Positions 50,156-59,934 of a stretch of DNA of 64,000 nucleotides are shown here, piece after piece. The notes below the pieces were generated by a model, which did not search any database, was not told the DNA's origin, and saw only the letters and a list, made by a program, of their open reading frames with translations. This DNA comes from a bacterium (GTDB lineage Bacteria > Verrucomicrobiota > Verrucomicrobiia > Chthoniobacterales > UBA6821). A program made the translations under genes and the position numbers. How positions within the stretch are numbered: the stretch's first letter is position 1; each line of letters begins with the position of its first letter. Location: the NCBI GenBank assembly GCA_037130175.1, contig JBAXTN010000002.1, positions 56,455 through 120,454 of the forward strand, written 5' to 3'.

Positions 50156-50849
50156 GGACTGTTCGTTGTTTGAGTAAAAACCTTGCCCACTCAAGGTCAA
50201 GAGCATCATCAATATCGACAGCTCGCTCTTTGGGAATTTCCACGCAACGAAGATTTCCCTCAAACAAGAAGCCGGAATTTATCACAAAACTTGTTTTCGC
50301 GAGATAAGCCACCGTCGTGACATCGAATACCTCAGGGGTATCCTGCCTTCGCGCCACGCCTTGACCCGCGCACACCAATCGACAAAATCCATCCTGATCT
50401 CGTTTTACCATGTTGAAATGGGGATTCCTAATGGCTTTTTGCACCGTGATCACCGCATCGGCTAGTGGATGTGCTGCCATCTCGATCAGGCATTTTTGAA
50501 CATCTTCACTGGAACGCAACGGGGAAGTCGCCGGCAATGATAACATCCAGTCAAAGGAACCTGTTCTTTGGGTCATCTCTCCGACCGCATGCTTCCATGC
50601 CATAAACTCGGATGAGGTATCGCCAGCAAGCTCCAAGGGGCGAATGAAAGGTACCTCGGCACCGTAGCAGCGCGCAACCTCGGCAATTTCCTCATCGTCG
50701 GTAGATACGACGACCCTTTCAACATCCGAAAGGGCGAGACCGCAGATGATCGAATGGGCAAGGAGGGGTTTCCCTCCCAGATCCTGAAGATTTTTTCGTG
50801 GAATTCCCTTGGATCCTCCTCGCGCAAAAATGAAGCAGATCGTTCTCAT
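50142..50849 (-). CDS. neuA: CMP-nonulosonate synthetase (NeuA/LegF/PtmB)
   Basis: ARGGSKGIPRKN, VSTD, RP.ELA.D, TSPLR, RRQD, DID...D. Confidence 0.92.
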   Translation of the reverse strand: MRTICFIFARGGSKGIPRKNLQDLGGKPLLAHSIICGLALSDVERVVVSTDDEEIAEVARCYGAEVPFIRPLELAGDTSSEFMAWKHAVGEMTQRTGSFDWMLSLPATSPLRSSEDVQKCLIEMAAHPLADAVITVQKAIRNPHFNMVKRDQDGFCRLVCAGQGVARRQDTPEVFDVTTVAYLAKTSFVINSGFLFEGNLRCVEIPKERAVDIDDALDLEWARFLLKQRTVHEKS

Positions 50850-51835
50850 TCGTCAATCGCATCTAGTGCTACAGTCTCTACGCGTGCATGATTCACTGCA
50901 GAATCTCTTGCTGCATCACAGACAACAAGAGAATGCAGGGATTCATTCAATCCAACGGCAGTTCCAATGGATGGATTCAGAAATGCATCATGCTCGTCCC
51001 TGAGCATTTCATTTCGGGATTGTGGAAAATGCCAGTTCTCTTCCTCTTCCAATCCTTTGAAATGAACAGATTGGGAAATTGCATCCAAATGAAGAGTGCC
51101 CTTCTCCCCAAAAACGAAGAAATTTCGTCGTGCTGGACGGCTTAGATAATCCAGCGCAACTTGAACCCGAACATCACCAGGCACGAGCAGATGTAGGAAC
51201 GCCTGTTCCTCAGCTTCTATGCCGAGTCGCCCAGTATTCACCAAATCTGCACCCGCGGAGTGAGGCCATCCCAAGATCCATCCAATGTAATCGATCTCGT
51301 GGATAAGATCCCGTAGTACCCCTCCCTGCGTTGGGGAAGACGAATAACTTTGGCGATAATTCGAACTTGGCCTCCAATCCGGCAACCAAGATCTGCATTC
51401 CACGAATGCGGAATGAATATCACCCACTTTATCCAATGAAGTTCTGAAGTGGAGCAACGCATGGGAATAGCGCATACTTAAGCCGCAAAAGATTCTCTCC
51501 TTCTGTGATGAGTCTAAGGCCAATAACGGCCCTGCTGCCTGCATGGATAACGCTATAGGCTTCTCAACAAGGACAATTAGTCCAACTTCAAGTGCTGCAA
51601 TAGTATCTTCAATATGACAAACCGTATCAGTAGCAATAATGGCATGTGTAGCTCCTGCGGCTTGAGCTTCTGACCAAGTATCAACACACGCCCAGCCCTC
51701 ACTGCTCAGGCTCTTTATTCTCTCCTCTCTTTTGGGAAAAAGAAGCACTTCATGTCCCGCACCACGCAGAACTTCGGCGTGCCTCATCCCGATACTACCG
51801 GTTCCACGAACAACTATTATTTTATGCGAAATCAC
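50846..51835 (-). CDS. Gfo/Idh/MocA oxidoreductase (PtmF-like)
   Basis: G.GSIG.RH, VEKP, LPDWRP...YR.SYS, GGVLRDL.HEIDY. Confidence 0.88.
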   Translation of the reverse strand: MISHKIIVVRGTGSIGMRHAEVLRGAGHEVLLFPKREERIKSLSSEGWACVDTWSEAQAAGATHAIIATDTVCHIEDTIAALEVGLIVLVEKPIALSMQAAGPLLALDSSQKERIFCGLSMRYSHALLHFRTSLDKVGDIHSAFVECRSWLPDWRPSSNYRQSYSSSPTQGGVLRDLIHEIDYIGWILGWPHSAGADLVNTGRLGIEAEEQAFLHLLVPGDVRVQVALDYLSRPARRNFFVFGEKGTLHLDAISQSVHFKGLEEEENWHFPQSRNEMLRDEHDAFLNPSIGTAVGLNESLHSLVVCDAARDSAVNHARVETVALDAIDE

Positions 51836-51909
51836 CAGAGTTAAGCTAATCGTTATAATTAAAATAGGTAAGATGCATTACTCATGTGCACGCATAAAAT
51901 TGAGCTTCT

Positions 51910-52986
51910 CTAAAAGGAAGGCAATTTTGTCTTCTTTTTAGCAACAATCCAAAGATGCGAACTCAGATTATTGATTGAAAGAAATTCTTGAAATACTTTC
52001 CCGAGTCGCTCCCAATCCTCAATAAGCACCTGTTTTAAAAAGGGGGTTTCCGGCTCTGGAATATCACCATTAATCACTCCCTTACGAACTAATTCCGCAT
52101 CGAGTATACCCGGTGTCAATGTCTCAACAGTATCAAATCCACACAGATCTAATAAATGCGTCAGTGAATCAGGATTAAACAGATTCAGATGTCTGGGATC
52201 AACTGAAGATGATTTTTCCTGAAGCATCGAAATGTCAAAGCCCTTAACATTAGGACATGTTAAAACAAGCAAGCCATCATCTGACAACACACGCGATGCA
52301 CCTTTTATCATTTCCATTGGATTGTTCAGGTGTTCGATAACTTCAAAAGCAACAGCCATGTCAATATGGATATCTGAAAGGTCAGCGAACTCAATTGGTT
52401 TATCTACTGTTTGAATTCCCTTGGATCGGCAACTCTCAGCAAGTGATGGACTCGGCTCCAAAGCATAGACATTTTGGAATGCTGCCCTCTTTTTGATCTC
52501 TGCACAGAAAGTTCCGGAACCAGCGCCTATGTCAAGAATGCCCTGCTTTGTGGATTTATTTCTTCTAGCTATTTCCAAAATCCGATCTACCCGTGGGATA
52601 ACTATTCTTTTAAGCCGGGCTGCTTCAGAGGCAGGATAAACCACATCACTCCAGTAAGCATAACTTTTTGAAATTTTATAATATTCCTGCAGAAGGTCTG
52701 GACTAGGGCGTGGATTTAAAAAAACCGTACCGCATGCCATGCATTCGTCGAATTTGTGTTTATGCTTTGAAAATCGGTACCGTGTTTTATCGGCACCACA
52801 CCCTGGACAGGACGCTTTCTGATACTCTGGAATTTTATTTATTAACCAGTTGATGTCGTACTCCTCCATCCGGCAAGCGATTTCGGAAGCTGCTTCTCCG
52901 CGGATTTCAGATTCAAATGTAGGGGATGTTTTCACTATGGAATATTTTAGATTTATAAATGCCCTGAGTGTTGTCGATTTACTCAT
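51910..52986 (-). CDS. Class I SAM-dependent methyltransferase with N-terminal Cys (Zn) motif
   Basis: CPGC...C..C...F.NPRP, LDIGAGSG, FEVIEH, PN. Confidence 0.85.
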   Translation of the reverse strand: MSKSTTLRAFINLKYSIVKTSPTFESEIRGEAASEIACRMEEYDINWLINKIPEYQKASCPGCGADKTRYRFSKHKHKFDECMACGTVFLNPRPSPDLLQEYYKISKSYAYWSDVVYPASEAARLKRIVIPRVDRILEIARRNKSTKQGILDIGAGSGTFCAEIKKRAAFQNVYALEPSPSLAESCRSKGIQTVDKPIEFADLSDIHIDMAVAFEVIEHLNNPMEMIKGASRVLSDDGLLVLTCPNVKGFDISMLQEKSSSVDPRHLNLFNPDSLTHLLDLCGFDTVETLTPGILDAELVRKGVINGDIPEPETPFLKQVLIEDWERLGKVFQEFLSINNLSSHLWIVAKKKTKLPSF

Positions 52987-53089
52987 TAGCCGACTCTATA
53001 AATTTATATAAATAGGCTAGGTCGAGCCAATCATGAAAGTTTAAGGATTTCTATAGAAATAATTTTGCGGAAAACAGCTTGTTGCCAAT

Positions 53090-54868
53090 TTACTGTAAAA
53101 CAAGCATCTCCTCGACCCCTCCCCACGATTTTACTTTCCCGTTTTCAAGGCAGTAAATCACATCGCAGTTCCTGATGGTTGAAAAACGATGGGCAACAAC
53201 AATGAGGGTTTTGAATTTTTTAAGGTTGTTGATCGCCATCATGACTTCATTTTGTGTCTGCTCATCAAGAGAGCTGGTAGCCTCATCAAGAACGATGACA
53301 TCCGGATTATAGTAAAGGGCTCTTGCTATACCAATTCTTTGCCTTTGGCCTCCTGATAATCGGACGCCATGTTCCCCAACATATGTATTAATACCATGCG
53401 GCAGGGAATTAACGAGGTCGTCAAGTTGAGCTAATCTAACTGCTTCTGCTACCGAATGTTGACTAATCTGATCTTCTGGCACACCGAAAGCAATATTTCC
53501 AGCCAATGTATCATCAGTCAGAAATATATTTTGTGACACATATCCAATACGATTCTGCCAACCTCTAAGGTTTTTCAGGATATCTTGCCCATCGATAAGA
53601 ACCCTTCCTTCGGAAGGTCTATGAAGTCCAATTATGATATCGATTAAAGTGCTTTTCCCAGATCCGCTTTCACCAATAATTCCCACAGAGGATTGCTTAA
53701 GTATATTCAGAGAAATCTTATCTAGAGTTTTATTGTTTGTTCCAGGATATGTAAAAGATACATCTTGTACTTCGATTTCCTTTTCATATTTTATCTTATC
53801 ACTTATTAATATTGGATCAGATTCATCGGTTCGCAATAAAAGTTCTTCAGTGACTGTTTCCACAGCAGGAAAGCCATAGCGTAGAGATTGGGCGGCTAAC
53901 AAAATACGGTTTACCGACGGAAGAATTCGGAATGCGGCTGCACCGAACAGTCCAAGTATTGCCACGATGGCATTCATCGAATGTCCCTGCGCAAGCATTA
54001 CCAATACAAGAATGGCCAATCCAGAGACTGCTAGAACTTCCAACCATAGCCTTGGAACCTGCTGAGCAACTGCCTGAAACTTAGAAATGCGAGTCGCTTC
54101 ACGGTTGTGATACTTGTATTGATCTATAAAGTTTTTCTCACGACCAACTATTTTTACATCTTTCACACCACCCAATGCTTGCTTTAAATGCAACAAACAC
54201 TTCGTTGCGTGGATCTGCCGATCGTAACCCCAACGAGTTGTTGCTTTTTGGATTGTATAATAAAATATTATGGCGGCTCCAGTTGATATGGTCAACACGG
54301 CCATCGCCCCCAAGGGCTCGAAAGTGAAGAGTAAAGTCGCTATGCCAATTAGAACCAACAACTCAGCAATTAGTTGAATGAGTGGAGAGATACAGTTGAC
54401 CGTTACAACCTCGACTTCGCCATAAATATTACGGATTAGTTGGGCTGAGTTTTTCTGTAAATGAAATGTATAAGGTTGATACAAATACATGGAAAATAGC
54501 CGACAAGAAAGATCCGATTGGAATTGAAAGGAAAAACATGCCTGAAACCAGGTAACCCATCCTAGATAAAGATTTTTTATAAAATAGACACCAATGATAA
54601 AAATTGCACCCGCGGCAACTATTTCTCCCTGTGTAGGATTACCAACCCAAGCCAGATTTTTTGTAACTTGTGGATATTTATGTATCAAATCCTGCTGAGT
54701 CAGCAAAGCAATCCCTGGAATCACCAATCCAATGCTAAATGTCTCTAATATCATTGCCAATAACAGCAATATGAACAACCGACCTGCTAACTTCCTTTCT
54801 TTTTTGTTTAATAAAAAATAAATCTTTTGAAGCGACTCAAATAGCGGTTTAACATCGAATCTTGGCAT
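53090..54868 (-). CDS. ABC transporter permease/ATPase half-transporter (PglK/Wzk-like flippase)
   Basis: 6-TM domain, GESGSGKST, LSGGQRQRIGIARALY, LDEATSSLD, VAHR. Confidence 0.88.
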   Translation of the reverse strand: MPRFDVKPLFESLQKIYFLLNKKERKLAGRLFILLLLAMILETFSIGLVIPGIALLTQQDLIHKYPQVTKNLAWVGNPTQGEIVAAGAIFIIGVYFIKNLYLGWVTWFQACFSFQFQSDLSCRLFSMYLYQPYTFHLQKNSAQLIRNIYGEVEVVTVNCISPLIQLIAELLVLIGIATLLFTFEPLGAMAVLTISTGAAIIFYYTIQKATTRWGYDRQIHATKCLLHLKQALGGVKDVKIVGREKNFIDQYKYHNREATRISKFQAVAQQVPRLWLEVLAVSGLAILVLVMLAQGHSMNAIVAILGLFGAAAFRILPSVNRILLAAQSLRYGFPAVETVTEELLLRTDESDPILISDKIKYEKEIEVQDVSFTYPGTNNKTLDKISLNILKQSSVGIIGESGSGKSTLIDIIIGLHRPSEGRVLIDGQDILKNLRGWQNRIGYVSQNIFLTDDTLAGNIAFGVPEDQISQHSVAEAVRLAQLDDLVNSLPHGINTYVGEHGVRLSGGQRQRIGIARALYYNPDVIVLDEATSSLDEQTQNEVMMAINNLKKFKTLIVVAHRFSTIRNCDVIYCLENGKVKSWGGVEEMLVLQ

Positions 54869-54964
54869 ATATTTTACTTTTTTTCAAATCACGATTCCAG
54901 AATCCACCAGTCTATTGCAAAGTGATAATCCAAATACAAATGATCTCATATTTATGCTCAGATT

Positions 54965-57490
54965 TCATCTAGAAACTTCCTTCGAATGAGTTACGGCCGT
55001 ACGAAACCCCTGATGCAGGCACATATTAGGGAGAAGCCTCTCGATGGCATGGAGCATTGAACCATCATTGGGTAGCGGTTCCTCAGGATAATCCTCCCAC
55101 TGAAGGTTTAAATCCAGCAAGGGTTTCAATGCTTGGCATCGAGCCCAGAACATCGTTCCTACTGGAAAATTAATACTGTTATTGTGGAGTATTTCTCCTA
55201 ATCCCATTCGCTCTCCCAATTTCATCGCAATATTTCCGTTTTCTTCCCAACCAACGACATGTGGATCATCGGGGAAAACAAGCCCTATACCTTTGTCTCT
55301 GTACATTGTAGTGAGAATGATCTCCATCATGGGAGCTATTCCCCCAATAAGATTTTCGTAGAGAAAGGTTGCCCACTGCTGCGCAAAATCCTCGCCAAGT
55401 TGCACTGATTTTTTCCCATGGATATGTCCGATGAATTCATATCCAGAATCAAAGATCTCAGGAAAGCCAGTGAAGAGCGGTGAAATATCGCGTCCTCGGT
55501 TCGGAACAACCCTTATCATCTTTGCCATCAGTCCATATTCCTCAATCGACTCCAAGATGTGAAGCTTGCCCTCTTCACTAGTGACACTGATAAAAAGATC
55601 AGGTTGGAATGTCGAATTTCTCAAGCGAGAAAAAATCTTCGTAGCGATATCAGGATAGTGTATGTGTATGTGAAGGGCCGTGTTAGGAATGTTTCTAATT
55701 GGACTCTTGTCCATTATACCGTTTGCAGATTGTATGACTTCCGTTAGCCATGGTCCTTTCGGTTTTCCTGATTCTATAAAGTGAGCAAGAGGATCTCTAG
55801 TGATTGCAGGGTGATAATCTGCATAAATTCCCGGATGGAACCCAGGAAATGGTTTTCGGCGATGGAGCCCCCTGCACCAGGCTGTCGTGTAATATTTCAG
55901 CGCCAGTTCCTCTTCATTATTTCGGGCAAGTGAAGGATATGAAAATTCAACATCAAAGCATCCCGACTTAAAAATCAATTCGCGATCCTTGATTTCCTGA
56001 TTTTTCTCCACTGCAACATTTCTTCCTATCGATAATAGCGTCTCGAAATAGCACTCTTGGTTGAAAATCCTTGTGGCTAATAGCTCACCTGCATCGCCAA
56101 CTTTCCTTCTCAGCGTCTCATCGGCAGCTAAAGTAAGAATTTTTTGCGCTGCGGCATCAACATCCAAATAAGGCACTACTCCCGTCGAAGCATCTTTATC
56201 TTCCTTGATATGTTCGGGAATGCCACTCGCTCCCTCGAAACAAACTAAAGGCAGCTTGTTAAGAAGAGCATCCTGCGCAACCAGGGGAAGTGGATCGAGC
56301 TTGGAGCTAAGAAAGAAGATGTCGGCGGAATCGTAAGCACATTGAAGTTGCTCAACTTCGTTCAATAGCACAAAGGAATCACCAATATCGGATGTATTGA
56401 GTTGCTCCTGGATAAAACAGGAGTAATTCAAGTCATTTTCGGGGTTATATCCGGAACCAATCCAGACGAAACGAATCGGGAACTGTGGGTTCATTTCGAC
56501 CACCTTTTTTGCGCATGATATAAAGAGGTCGAGTCCTTTACGCAGTTGAACAGTTCCCGCTCCTAGAACGACGATTGTGTCGCGGGGCCATCCTTTCGGT
56601 CTGAAAGCATTCCTGATGGAGGCCTCTTCCATTTCTTGCTCCTCATCGGTTGAAGTATTTTCCGGCAGTGCACAGGTTCCCTGAGGAAGGATTATTTTTT
56701 TGATTTGAGCAATACCGGGATATGCAGAGATAGCATTGTCGCGGACAATTTCAGCGGAAAAGACCATCGCACTGGAACGATTTGCCGATATTTCCATGCG
56801 CTTGAGTGGTCGTGTATAGACTGCAAATTCATGAACAAGATGAACGACCGGCACATCGTGTCTCCAGAGTTCTTCAAGGACTTCCGTGGATTCAATGGAG
56901 TTTACAATGGCAAACTCAGGAAGTGATATTTTTTTCAGGTTTTTGAGTTCCTGATCGAGAACAAATCCGAGTGTGGATCTTGGAATAGGACCGACAAATA
57001 CAGTGGATTTTTCTTTGAAAGTATTTTCTAAGGCCCCGCTACCAATCGAAAAGACAATGACATTGTGAGTGACTGCAAATCGATTGACTAAATCCAGAAC
57101 CAAAATAGGAGCACCCGTTCGACACACCGCATGGGTCACAATGACGACTGTCGGCTTTGCTGGGTCAAGGGACTCGTATTTGCCATCATCCTCTTCTGCC
57201 AAGCTACTAAAGAGACAAAAATGAAAAGCTGGAAATTTTCTCCACCACCCACGAGGACGATCCGAGGAAGCCATGTAAGCGCGAGCATCAAACTCCTCTT
57301 GAAACTTTGGCTTGAAGAAATGTCGTACTGCTCCGGGGAGACGAAGCAGTATGTTAATAATCTCCTCCCCCTTTCTCAGCGGATAGGTCAGGCGATAAGA
57401 TTTGGAGCTTTTCAGCTCCCATATCTTATACTCCAGCTTTTGTATATATTTTGCTTCGGGATTCAACTCGCGAACATTCCTAATCGCCAC
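54965..57490 (-). CDS. Multidomain glycosyltransferase: GT4 plus rhamnan-synthesis RgpF-like domain
   Basis: H...RTGAP, RKGLDLF, SKLDPLPLV (GT-B); HIHIHY.D, NRGRD..P, H.H.KKS, FP.GTMFWAR, HAIER (RgpF). Confidence 0.85.
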   Translation of the reverse strand: MAIRNVRELNPEAKYIQKLEYKIWELKSSKSYRLTYPLRKGEEIINILLRLPGAVRHFFKPKFQEEFDARAYMASSDRPRGWWRKFPAFHFCLFSSLAEEDDGKYESLDPAKPTVVIVTHAVCRTGAPILVLDLVNRFAVTHNVIVFSIGSGALENTFKEKSTVFVGPIPRSTLGFVLDQELKNLKKISLPEFAIVNSIESTEVLEELWRHDVPVVHLVHEFAVYTRPLKRMEISANRSSAMVFSAEIVRDNAISAYPGIAQIKKIILPQGTCALPENTSTDEEQEMEEASIRNAFRPKGWPRDTIVVLGAGTVQLRKGLDLFISCAKKVVEMNPQFPIRFVWIGSGYNPENDLNYSCFIQEQLNTSDIGDSFVLLNEVEQLQCAYDSADIFFLSSKLDPLPLVAQDALLNKLPLVCFEGASGIPEHIKEDKDASTGVVPYLDVDAAAQKILTLAADETLRRKVGDAGELLATRIFNQECYFETLLSIGRNVAVEKNQEIKDRELIFKSGCFDVEFSYPSLARNNEEELALKYYTTAWCRGLHRRKPFPGFHPGIYADYHPAITRDPLAHFIESGKPKGPWLTEVIQSANGIMDKSPIRNIPNTALHIHIHYPDIATKIFSRLRNSTFQPDLFISVTSEEGKLHILESIEEYGLMAKMIRVVPNRGRDISPLFTGFPEIFDSGYEFIGHIHGKKSVQLGEDFAQQWATFLYENLIGGIAPMMEIILTTMYRDKGIGLVFPDDPHVVGWEENGNIAMKLGERMGLGEILHNNSINFPVGTMFWARCQALKPLLDLNLQWEDYPEEPLPNDGSMLHAIERLLPNMCLHQGFRTAVTHSKEVSR

Positions 57491-57505
57491 AATGCTGACT
57501 TGAGA

Positions 57506-58558
57506 TTACTTGCCGGAAATAAGATCAACAAGAGATCTCAACGGGGCTGTCAGCTTCCATGAAGCGGAGTTTTCACGCAGAAACAGAGTGTGTTTTAACT
57601 TCTCGATTTGGCGGCCTGCCTGATTTAACTCATACATTGCCTGATCCAGTAAAATTTGTTTCTGATCTTTTTCTCGGCTCAGCTGTGATACTGAGGCGTT
57701 CAGATCGTTGATTTTCTTGGCTGTTTGAGCTGCCTCCAATTTTCCCTGAAATAAAACCGTCTGTGACCATGTATTGCCAGTTTGATCTGGCGCCTGATTC
57801 CCAGTTGTAAGGTCTGCCGGTGAAAAAACTTGGGCTGAAGTGCCCGCGCGGCATCTCGCTCCCAGCCCATCAACCCCTTCTTCCTTTTTTCTCACAACAC
57901 AAATTGAGTTCAGAAATTCGACAGATCGAATTTCCTCAAGATCTGATTCCTTGAATTCAATTCCGTAAGTATCGCAATAGGGTTGCAGCAATGCGCCTCT
58001 ATTCTCCGAAATACCCCAGTGCTCATGGTTCACAATGTCCGAAAGATCCTTGAAAAAAGTTATACTGGACAGGGGGTCAAATAAACCTCCCTCAAACTCC
58101 TCCCAATAACTGCAATGTAAGTCTTCTGCAAGGAAGAGCCCCCCTTTTTTAAGGGTTGAGAAATATCTTGCAAATGATTTCACAATATCGCCCGAGCGGT
58201 GCGACCCATCGTCTATAATGATGTCAAACTGCTGACTTCTCTTGATAATATCGCTCTGTATTATATCTGTATTAGCATCACCCACAATCACAGCTATACG
58301 AGGGTCTTCAAAGGTAAGATTACGACATTTTTCATTAATATCACAACCAGTGAGCGACTTCGCATTTGGAAAATATTTTCCCCAGATCTCCATAGATCCT
58401 CCATTTTGGACGCCAATTTCCAACAATGAAATCGGAGAATTTATAAGTCCGCAAAACAGGCGTTCGTATTCATCCAGATACGAAGACCACTTGTCGGAAA
58501 CCTTGCCTTGGTGAGCCTTGAAAATTTCCCTAAGTGTTAATGTTTGTAAGTTCTGCAT
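57506..58558 (-). CDS. SAM methyltransferase plus coiled-coil tail (WbdD-like chain terminator candidate)
   Basis: DKW..Y..Y, LEIGVQNGGS, IIIDDGSH, EDLH.SYW; C-terminal heptads ending SASWKLTAPLR; directly downstream of wzt. Confidence 0.75.
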   Translation of the reverse strand: MQNLQTLTLREIFKAHQGKVSDKWSSYLDEYERLFCGLINSPISLLEIGVQNGGSMEIWGKYFPNAKSLTGCDINEKCRNLTFEDPRIAVIVGDANTDIIQSDIIKRSQQFDIIIDDGSHRSGDIVKSFARYFSTLKKGGLFLAEDLHCSYWEEFEGGLFDPLSSITFFKDLSDIVNHEHWGISENRGALLQPYCDTYGIEFKESDLEEIRSVEFLNSICVVRKKEEGVDGLGARCRAGTSAQVFSPADLTTGNQAPDQTGNTWSQTVLFQGKLEAAQTAKKINDLNASVSQLSREKDQKQILLDQAMYELNQAGRQIEKLKHTLFLRENSASWKLTAPLRSLVDLISGK

Positions 58559-58560
58559 AA

Positions 58561-59907
58561 TTATTTTCTGTCGAGTTCAGATGATAATGTTGTCCATTTG
58601 AGCAAGGGACGCATGAAACCCGGTAAAGCCCCTTGATAGGCTCCGCGAATCAATTTGTCATTCCAATCGTCCATCAAGCGAATGCTCAATGCATCAGTGG
58701 CCAATGCGTGGGAATGCCCAGATTCGGTATCCTCTCCCACTCCGAAAGTAAATAAGAGCCTTCCTGGTGAAAAATAGTGCCCAGGAAATTCAATCTTAGT
58801 AGAATAGCAGCCCGGAATCGCAGGAGTGTTTCTGGCATCAAGGGATGCGTCTCCTGTCCAAAACAGAATATTCCCCAGTTCATCACTAACAATGCATGCT
58901 GGACGCAGAGGAAATCCCGCTTGCAGCACTTCATATTCAAACTGAAGTCTGAATCCCTGACTTGTCAGTCCCGCTTCGATGAGGTTGCCCGACTCATCAA
59001 CCAATCTACAGGAATGAATTTTTGCTACTTCATTCCCCGGTCGCTCATTGGAGTTAAAGATAATCTCTGCCCCATTTTCTTGTTTTTTTTCAAGACCCTT
59101 TACAATCCCCATTCCCTCTTCCCTCAGGGTTGTCTGATACTGTTCTATGGATGCATTCGCCTCTCCGTCACACAGAATCTCACCATTTTTAAGGCAGATT
59201 GCTCTGGTGCAGAGTTTTCTGACTTGCCCTGCACCATGAGAAACAAAAAGTACGGTGCGACCATCCTTGATAATATCTTGAAGGCGCTGGATGCAGCGGT
59301 TCTGGAACTGCAGGTCCCCCACGGAAAGCACCTCATCCACAATCAGAATTTCGGGTTCGAGAAAGGCAGCTACAGAGAATGCAAGTCGGACAAACATTCC
59401 GCTAGAGTAGCGTTTTACCGGTGTATCGATGAATTTCTCAACCCCTGAAAAGGAAACAATATCATCGAACTTCGCTGCAACCTCACTACGCCCCATGCCT
59501 AAAATGGCACCGTTCATATAAACATTATCGCGACCTGTTAGGTCAGGGTGAAATCCGGTTCCAACTTCTAGCAGGCTGCCAATGCGACCATTAATTTTAA
59601 TAGAACCAGAGCTGGGAGCAGTAATACGGGAGATCAGCTTCAATAAGGTCGACTTGCCGGCCCCATTAGCGCCGATAATCCCGACTGTCTCACCCTGCTT
59701 AATATCGAATGAGACATTCTGTAGTGCATAAAACAAATCGGGAGCTGTCGGCTCCTGTTCGGCTTCGGTCTCGGGATCCCCGAAGGCATGGTCAGGATTG
59801 AATTTGCTCCTGGCCCACCGCCCGAGATCAGCAAAAAACTGGCTCCGATTAATCTCTCCTAAGCGATAGATTTTGGAAACATTTTCGACTGAAATGGCCA
59901 ACGACAT
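58561..59907 (-). CDS. wzt: Polysaccharide ABC transporter ATPase with Wzt_C domain
   Basis: GANGAGKSTLLK, LEVGTGFHP.LTGR.N, YSSGM..RLAF, DEVL.VGD, VSH; about 170-aa C-terminal extension. Confidence 0.93.
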   Translation of the reverse strand: MSLAISVENVSKIYRLGEINRSQFFADLGRWARSKFNPDHAFGDPETEAEQEPTAPDLFYALQNVSFDIKQGETVGIIGANGAGKSTLLKLISRITAPSSGSIKINGRIGSLLEVGTGFHPDLTGRDNVYMNGAILGMGRSEVAAKFDDIVSFSGVEKFIDTPVKRYSSGMFVRLAFSVAAFLEPEILIVDEVLSVGDLQFQNRCIQRLQDIIKDGRTVLFVSHGAGQVRKLCTRAICLKNGEILCDGEANASIEQYQTTLREEGMGIVKGLEKKQENGAEIIFNSNERPGNEVAKIHSCRLVDESGNLIEAGLTSQGFRLQFEYEVLQAGFPLRPACIVSDELGNILFWTGDASLDARNTPAIPGCYSTKIEFPGHYFSPGRLLFTFGVGEDTESGHSHALATDALSIRLMDDWNDKLIRGAYQGALPGFMRPLLKWTTLSSELDRK

Positions 59908-59934
59908 TTTATTAAGACCTTTGTTTGTGTTGTT

